Shown here one piece after another: positions 58,500 to 64,000 of a stretch of 64,000 bases of DNA. Within the stretch, counting starts at the first letter, position 1. Each line of letters begins with the position of its first letter. Made by a program: the position numbers and the translations under genes. The notes below the pieces were generated by a model, which saw nothing but the letters and a program-made list of their open reading frames with translations, was not told the origin of the DNA and ran no database searches. This stretch comes from Trueperaceae bacterium. Lineage in GTDB: Bacteria > Deinococcota > Deinococci > Deinococcales > Trueperaceae. Where the stretch lies: contig CBDCDZ010000004.1 in NCBI GenBank assembly GCA_965215565.1, forward strand, positions 3,296,001 through 3,360,000. Reading direction: 5' to 3'.

Positions 58500-59667
58500 C
58501 GTCAGTGAGAAGCTCCTTCGCCTCTACAGGCACGCTAAAGTAAAAGGTGCTGCCCCGTCCAACTTTGGATTCGACCCAAATTTCGCCGCCGTGCTTCTCG
58601 ACGGCGAGTTTGCAGAAGGTTAGACCCATACCCGTGTCGAAGCGGTCGTGCACCGTGTGGCGCGACTGCTCGAAAGCGTTGAAGATGCGCTTATGGTCCG
58701 CTTCGGGGATGCCTTCGCCGTCGTCGCGTACGGACAAGACCACGTGTTCATCCTCTTTCCAGGCGCGAAAGTCTACATGACCGCCGCGCCGCGTGTGCTT
58801 GACCGCGTTCGCGAAGAGGTTGGCGAGCACGCGGCGCAAAAGACCCTTATCCGCGAAAATGCGCTCCGCCTCGGGGCGCACCAACACGCTGAAATGCCGC
58901 CCTTCGTGCGAACTTCTTGCGTCGCCTAGCGCGGTCTCGACTAGCCCGGTCAGATTTTCTATCCAAGTTGGATCGTAGGGCATGTGACCCTCTTTCATGC
59001 GACGCACGTCGAGGATATTGGCGGCCAAGTTGAGCAGGTGTTGCGACTCGCCCCGCGCCAGACTCAGCAGCTCGACGACGCCCTGTTCGTCGTCGGTGGT
59101 GTGCATGATGTCGATGGTGTGGTCTAAAAGTCCCATCACGCTGGCAATCGGACTCTTGAGGTCGTGGACGAGCATGTGCGTGAGGTCATCCTTGACGCGC
59201 TCAGCCTCTTTGAAAGCGTCCTCGAATCCGCGTAGCCGCGCCAGGGTCTCGCGTAGCCCCGCGTCCGCTTGCGCCTTTTCCAGGTAGCGTTTCAAATAAG
59301 CGCGCAGCAGCTCGGGCGACGCCTGCGAAAGGTAGAGGTCTGCGCCCGAACCGAGCGCGGCCAGGTGACGCGCCGCGTGGCGCGCTTCATCCGCTAACGT
59401 GTCGTCGCCCAAACAGACGAGCGGCACGTTAGCGAGCGGCTTTCTGCGCCGCAAGAGCGAGATGAGGTCGAGTTGCGGCACGCTCGCCACCAGCGCGTCG
59501 TCCAACACAATGGCGGCGGGGACCGCGCCGCGCGTGTGGTAGAGCAGCCCTTCGACATCGGCTAAGACGCGGCTTTGCAGGCCCAGGGTGCGGGCGACAG
59601 GTGAGAGCGCGTCGCCGCGCTCGGCGCTAGACATGGCGATAAAAAGCTCAGGGGTGGACGCGGACAT
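58477..59667 (-). CDS. Cytoplasmic histidine kinase with receiver-like N-terminal domain
   Basis: HDLKSP, NLFANAVKH, DDGEGI, TGMGL; no TM; N-terminal AIVLDD...GADLYL. Confidence 0.88.
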   Translation of the reverse strand: MSASTPELFIAMSSAERGDALSPVARTLGLQSRVLADVEGLLYHTRGAVPAAIVLDDALVASVPQLDLISLLRRRKPLANVPLVCLGDDTLADEARHAARHLAALGSGADLYLSQASPELLRAYLKRYLEKAQADAGLRETLARLRGFEDAFKEAERVKDDLTHMLVHDLKSPIASVMGLLDHTIDIMHTTDDEQGVVELLSLARGESQHLLNLAANILDVRRMKEGHMPYDPTWIENLTGLVETALGDARSSHEGRHFSVLVRPEAERIFADKGLLRRVLANLFANAVKHTRRGGHVDFRAWKEDEHVVLSVRDDGEGIPEADHKRIFNAFEQSRHTVHDRFDTGMGLTFCKLAVEKHGGEIWVESKVGRGSTFYFSVPVEAKELLTDGVVLAQD

Positions 59668-59823
59668 CGGTGCTCACTATAGCAGGCAGAGACGCCGCGT
59701 CACGGTGAAATCTCATAAGGGGTTCACGCTAAAGGATGGATGAAACGGTGGGTCTCGAGCGCTCCGTGGGGGCGCACCGAGTCGCGCGAACTTCGCTTCG
59801 CCATGTTCGGAATCTCTTTATCA

Positions 59824-60053
59824 TAGCAGGTTACTTCGTATAGCTTCGCTCAATCATCTGGTCTGAGTGCGCGAAGCGATGCGAAGCAACACTCCCACTT
59901 TTGAGAACATCGTTTCCTAGCGGAAGACTGCGTCTGCTCGCTCACGCGGAGCAGCTTTCAGAAATGTAGCACGCACATTATGAGATGAAATCCCGCTAGT
60001 CCTTGCGGACGGAGATCTGCGTCCCTTTGTCTCAGTATGTTTTGGAAGTGCTA
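59824..60053. repeat. Dispersed repeat family A (long composite copy)
   Basis: Contains blocks shared with both the 57632 and 39201 copies; ends TCTCAGTATGTTTTGGAAGTGCTA. Confidence 0.85.
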
Positions 60054-60074
60054 TCATATGTAAAATCCGTTTAC

Positions 60075-60105
60075 TCCTACCTCAACCTTGTGGGTTGAGG
60101 TAGGA
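60075..60105 (-). terminator. Hairpin after corA
   Basis: 13-bp perfect stem TCCTACCTCAACC/GGTTGAGGTAGGA. Confidence 0.7.
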
Positions 60106-60110
60106 AACAC

Positions 60111-61184
60111 TTAGAGCCACCGCTTCCGCCGAAAGTAGACGATCAGGCTGAGCGCCACCGCGAGCATAAGGAGCCACACCGCTGGATAACCCCAGCGCCA
60201 CGAAAGCTCGGGCATGTAGATAAAGTTCATGCCGTACACGCCCGCGACAAAGGTTAAGGGGATGAAAATTGTGGCGATGATAGTCAGAACCTTCATGATC
60301 TCATTCATGCGGTTCGAGATGCTGGACAGGTAGATGTCGAGCATCCCCGTGAGGATGTCGCGAAAGGTCTCCACCGTGTCGATGACCTGGACCGTGTGCT
60401 CATACACGTCTCTCAAGTAGGTCAGCGTGTGGGCGCTGACGAGTGGGCTCTCCTCGCGCATCAAGAGGCTCAGCACTTCTCGGAGAGGCCACACCGCTTT
60501 GCGCAAAAAGAGCATCTCGCGCTTATAGGTGTTGATGGCTCTAAGGGTGTCGGGCGTAGCGTGATCGATGAGCGTCTCCTCTAAATCCTCGAGCCGCCCG
60601 CTCACCCCTTCTAAGATGAGAAAATACGAGTCTATCACGGCGTCTAGGAGCGCGTAAGCCAAGTAGTCGGGACCGGACTTACAGATTCGCCCCTTGTTGT
60701 TCTTGATGCGCCCGCGTATGCCTTCGAACACGTCGCCTTGCCGCTCTTGAAAGGAGAAGACGGCGTTTTGAGTCAGGACGACGCTCACCTGCTCGTCGCG
60801 GATGGTGCCCTCGTCGCTCAAGCTGAGCATCCGCAGCACGATGAAGATGTAGTGGTCAAAAAATTCTATCTTGGGGCGCTGTCCAGTGCTGACGATATCC
60901 TCCAACGTGAGCGGGTGAAGCGCGATGCGCTCGCCCACCGTGCGGATGACCTCGGGGCGGTGCAAGCCGCTGACGTTGAGCCAATTGACCTGCGCGCTGA
61001 CCTGTGTGGCGCTCATGAGGTTCAACGCTTCCGCCGCGTCTATCTCCTCACGTCGCTGCGCCCCGGCAGCGTCATACGTGAAGAGTGAAACGCGCACAGT
61101 TTCGTCTTGCGCGTCTCCTGTATAGACCATCGTGCCGGGTGCCTGCCCGACTTTACGCGCCGAGCGGCGCACCATCTTGTGCAT
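60111..61184 (-). CDS. corA: Magnesium/cobalt transporter CorA
   Basis: HPLTLEDI...QRPK, YGMNF..MPEL, two C-terminal TMs. Confidence 0.96.
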   Translation of the reverse strand: MHKMVRRSARKVGQAPGTMVYTGDAQDETVRVSLFTYDAAGAQRREEIDAAEALNLMSATQVSAQVNWLNVSGLHRPEVIRTVGERIALHPLTLEDIVSTGQRPKIEFFDHYIFIVLRMLSLSDEGTIRDEQVSVVLTQNAVFSFQERQGDVFEGIRGRIKNNKGRICKSGPDYLAYALLDAVIDSYFLILEGVSGRLEDLEETLIDHATPDTLRAINTYKREMLFLRKAVWPLREVLSLLMREESPLVSAHTLTYLRDVYEHTVQVIDTVETFRDILTGMLDIYLSSISNRMNEIMKVLTIIATIFIPLTFVAGVYGMNFIYMPELSWRWGYPAVWLLMLAVALSLIVYFRRKRWL

Positions 61185-61247
61185 CGTGTCACCTCGTCAG
61201 CCAGTATAAGTTTTCGGCGCGAAGCCAGCGTAAAAAGTGCCGCATTT

Positions 61248-61382
61248 TAGCAGGTATCATCTGGTCAGCTACACCCTCACTAAAGAGAACATCGCCTAGC
61301 ACGCACTTTCAGGGATGAAATTCCGCTATTGCTGCGCAATGAGATCTGCGGAGAAGTGTAGCAACGATAAGTGGAACTGCTA
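61248..61382. repeat. Dispersed repeat family A
   Basis: TAGCAGGTATCATCTGGTCAG...AGAACATCG..TAGCACGCAC...GAGATCTGCG...GGAACTGCTA. Confidence 0.85.
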
Positions 61383-61548
61383 TTTATCTTAAATTCGAGG
61401 GTGGCACGCCGTACCATCCGCGTGACCTCTTCATTCCGGTGGGGGCGTAAAAGAGGGTTCTGCTCGAGCACGCAGTTCGGGTAGTTTGAGCTAAGCAACC
61501 TACCCGCGCGTATCGCGCCGTCAATCCAAGGCGACGCTTCAGCACGAA

Positions 61549-62304
61549 TCAGACGCTCGAGGCGACTTGGTCGTGCACGATTCTCACCACACGCCCCACG
61601 ATCTCCTCGATCTGCTCGGGCGCGATGGCGGTGGGCGTGCCGTTTTGGTGCTCGGGGTTGGCGCTCGCCAGCTTGACAACGTGGCTGAAGCGGTCCTCTT
61701 TGAGCAGCTTGCAGACGTAGCCGTTGTCGATCAAACGGGCGACGACGGGGCTGTTGTTGTGTCCCTTGGCGTTCTTGTCCACCAAAACGGTGTCGCCGTC
61801 GTAGATAGGGTGCCTGCCTGCCGCCATTGAATCGCCGCGAATCTTGAAGCCTAAAAGCTCCCTGCCCCGCGCGAACTCCTCTTCCACCCAGAGCTGCTCA
61901 TCTAAAATCTCCTCGGTCTGGTCTGGGCCCGCGCCTACCCAGCCCGCCATGCGCACCTCGATGCGTTTGAGAGGAGGCATCGGTTGGAGGTCCGTGATGA
62001 GGTCCGCGCCGCGTGCGCCGGGCTCGAGTTCGTACACCAACACGTGCAGCGGCACCTCCAGGGCGTCTGCGAGTTTGACGAGCGTGTCCACGCTCGGTTT
62101 GACAACGCTCCCTTTCGGGGAGACGCGCCCGTGGTAGAGACCGTAGACCGTCGTGCGCCCGAGGCCGAAGTGATCCGCGAACTCCTCTAGGCGCTTCATA
62201 CCGCATTCAGCCATACGCGCAGAAATCCGTGCCTGAAAGGGCCCTATAGCGGGTTCCTTCGGCGTTTGGGGCGAGCGTGTGGCTCGAGCGCTTGACTTAC
62301 TCAC
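61549..62304 (-). CDS. XRE-HTH / S24 peptidase (LexA/CI-like) repressor
   Basis: HTH PSVDTLVKLADAL, cleavage-site VGAG, catalytic GDSM and VCKLL. Confidence 0.9.
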   Translation of the reverse strand: MSKSSARATRSPQTPKEPAIGPFQARISARMAECGMKRLEEFADHFGLGRTTVYGLYHGRVSPKGSVVKPSVDTLVKLADALEVPLHVLVYELEPGARGADLITDLQPMPPLKRIEVRMAGWVGAGPDQTEEILDEQLWVEEEFARGRELLGFKIRGDSMAAGRHPIYDGDTVLVDKNAKGHNNSPVVARLIDNGYVCKLLKEDRFSHVVKLASANPEHQNGTPTAIAPEQIEEIVGRVVRIVHDQVASSV

Positions 62305-62338
62305 ATATGTAATAATAAACTACTCGCATATGAGAGTA
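62298..62338. promoter_or_regulatory. Two candidate palindromic operators
   Basis: TACTCACATATGTAATAA (62298-62315) and TACTCGCATATGAGAGTA (62321-62338). Confidence 0.6.
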
Positions 62339-62505
62339 AAGAGGGTAGCTCGTATTCGAGAACTTTGTTGAAGCGCACGCCAGTCACCGCCGCTCTGAAT
62401 TGCACCGTCTACACAAATCAAATCGAGGTTGTCTAAGCCGCGAGGGTGGTCTGAATATGAGACGCCCGAGCATTTGCCGAATTGCGCGAGACGAGGGGAG
62501 AAGTC

Positions 62506-62856
62506 ATGCGTAAGTTGAAGTATGGTGCCAGGTTCCGAGCGTCTCGTGTCCGCAGTCTTCACGCGAAACCGTCCATTAGGGATACCGAGCTGGAGTTGCT
62601 GAGGCGCGTGGTGGTGAAGCTCGAGTCCCTCTCCGACGTGCTCTGTGAGTATGAGCGCGCAGAGATGCTCGAGATACACAAGCTCCTCTTGCTGCTCGAG
62701 GTGCGGCACTCGCAAGGCGTGAGGGAGCGTGAAGAGGGTGAAAGCGCGAGCCGCGTGGACTGGGCGCGGCTGCTGCCGCTCTTGCTCGCTGCGGGCGTGG
62801 TGCTAGGCGTCGTCGTCGCCCAGTTGCTCGGGCTCGACATGCGCCACGCCCTGTAG
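62506..62856 (+). CDS. Hypothetical protein with C-terminal TM helix, divergent from the repressor
   Basis: GGGGAG RBS, 116 aa, hydrophobic C-terminus. Confidence 0.6.
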   Translation: MRKLKYGARFRASRVRSLHAKPSIRDTELELLRRVVVKLESLSDVLCEYERAEMLEIHKLLLLLEVRHSQGVREREEGESASRVDWARLLPLLLAAGVVLGVVVAQLLGLDMRHAL

Positions 62857-63198
62857 CCCACCTTGTAATATGCTCCTTAGCACGCGCATCCCTATGAGCG
62901 CTTTCGGAAAGCCCAAAAACATCGCCGCTTGCAGCACGGTCTCCCTGAGTTCAGCGACGCTCGCGCCGCAGTTCAGCGCGCCGCGCATATGCGTCTTTAG
63001 CTCGTTCTCGCTGCCGACGCTCAGGAGCGCGGTGACGGCGAGCAGCTCCCTCGTTTTCAGCTCGAGTCCAGGTCGCGCCAGCACGGTGTCATAAGCCACC
63101 TCGAAGACGAGCTTGGCAAGCTCAGGGTCGAGTTGCTCGAGGTTGCGCTCGATCGCCTCACGCTTATCGCCCCAGAGCGTATCCCGTATCGATGTCAT
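62803..63198 (-). CDS. Carboxymuconolactone decarboxylase family protein
   Basis: RPGL.LKTREL, H...ALNCG....EL.E..LQ...FLGFP; TAGACT 7 nt before ATG 63198. Confidence 0.88.
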   Translation of the reverse strand: MTSIRDTLWGDKREAIERNLEQLDPELAKLVFEVAYDTVLARPGLELKTRELLAVTALLSVGSENELKTHMRGALNCGASVAELRETVLQAAMFLGFPKALIGMRVLRSILQGGLQGVAHVEPEQLGDDDA

Positions 63199-63322
63199 AG
63201 GGGCGAGTCTACCGCATAGCTGGATGTTCAGATACTCACGGCGGTTTCGCAACGTGGTGGGTATCATCCTTCGATATGGAACTGGAGCAATTCATAAAGT
63301 TGAGGACATTTTTGACCAGATA

Positions 63323-63432
63323 TAGCAACCAACATAAGTACTGATTAGAATAGCGCAAGTACCATTCTCAAATGTACGTGCTATACGGTGTTCTACATTG
63401 TGAGAGCGTCCCAAACTAAATGATACTTGCTA
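63323..63432. repeat. Dispersed repeat family A, inverted degenerate copy
   Basis: TAGCAA...GTACGTGCTA...AAATGATACTTGCTA. Confidence 0.6.
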
Positions 63433-63709
63433 TAACACTTGCTAGCGTAAGTATGAACGCTTCTTCACCATTCGGATAACTGCGTTCCGCGCGAAATTCG
63501 TGTAATACTTGTACGCTATTTAACCCTCTAGACGCCTTAGAATGCTTAGGAGTTGCTCATCGGGGGTGCCTATGGTGGAGCGAGCATGACGCGCGCCTCC
63601 CTAGATACAAGACTATAGGTGCAAGCGGATGAGGAGCGATACGCATCCAGAAACCGGTTCATAAACGTTGCCATTCACAAACGTTGCTACATCAGGAGGT
63701 CAGACCAGG

Positions 63710-64000
63710 ATGAAAGAACAACATCGTGCAGGGCTACATGGGGCGCAAACCCCGTTCTTGGAGCCAAAGCCGCACACGCCGAGCGCTGCTTTGGCGAATG
63801 TAACTCGGGCCGCGCTGCTCCCGCTACTCATGCTGAGCTTAACCGCTTGCGACCTCTTCGGCGACACTGATCCGCCCCCGCCTCCTTCCGATCGACCTTC
63901 GGTCACGGCGGTGTCGCCCACGGATGGCGAGCAGGATGTCGCACTCAACGAAGCCGTCGTCGCCACGCTCAACCTACCCAACGGCGCGATTGACGAGAGC
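63710..64000 (+). CDS. Lipoprotein with Ig-like (SbsA/Big_5-type) domain, 5' part
   Basis: AGGAGG RBS; frame open to window end: ...LLPLLMLSLTAC lipobox, Pro linker, PSVTAVSPTDGEQDVALN. Confidence 0.8.
   Translation, partial: MKEQHRAGLHGAQTPFLEPKPHTPSAALANVTRAALLPLLMLSLTACDLFGDTDPPPPPSDRPSVTAVSPTDGEQDVALNEAVVATLNLPNGAIDES

Noticed and set aside
39201..61382. Repeats as a CRISPR array
   Set aside because: Copies are dispersed over tens of kb, with no regular repeat-spacer period and no cas genes.
115..63981. Numerous 60-230 aa antisense or overlapping ORFs in the track
   Set aside because: Shadow frames of real genes in GC-rich DNA, Ser/Arg/Pro-rich with no recognisable motifs.

Overview
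GC-rich bacterial chromosome segment. Gene content (pilM-N-O-W-Q followed by aroC-K-B-Q, TrmB with a C-terminal extension, many apparently leaderless genes) suggests phylum Deinococcota, probably Truepera-like; this is inference. Most of the window is housekeeping: ftsH x2, dnaB, coaBC, rpoZ, gmk, tsaE/tsaB, thrS, rnhB, corA, ada. It also holds one IS5-family (ISL2-like) element and two families of short non-coding mobile repeats. The most notable locus is an AT-rich island at about 14.8-17.4 kb. A cupin-HD-GYP phosphodiesterase gene is followed by a c-di-GMP-II riboswitch and two paralogous secreted micro-peptide genes missed by the ORF track (43 and 41 aa, shared C-terminus PSxQK[F/Y]RVN[C/R]), each with its own terminator. 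This is a candidate peptide-signalling circuit coupled to c-di-GMP. Other leads: a paralogous roadblock-domain operon, apparent pseudo-enzymes (MreB-like, AroE-like, kinase-PASTA), a LexA/S24-type repressor with visible operators, and candidate uORFs. All calls come from reading motifs by eye; no database searches were run.
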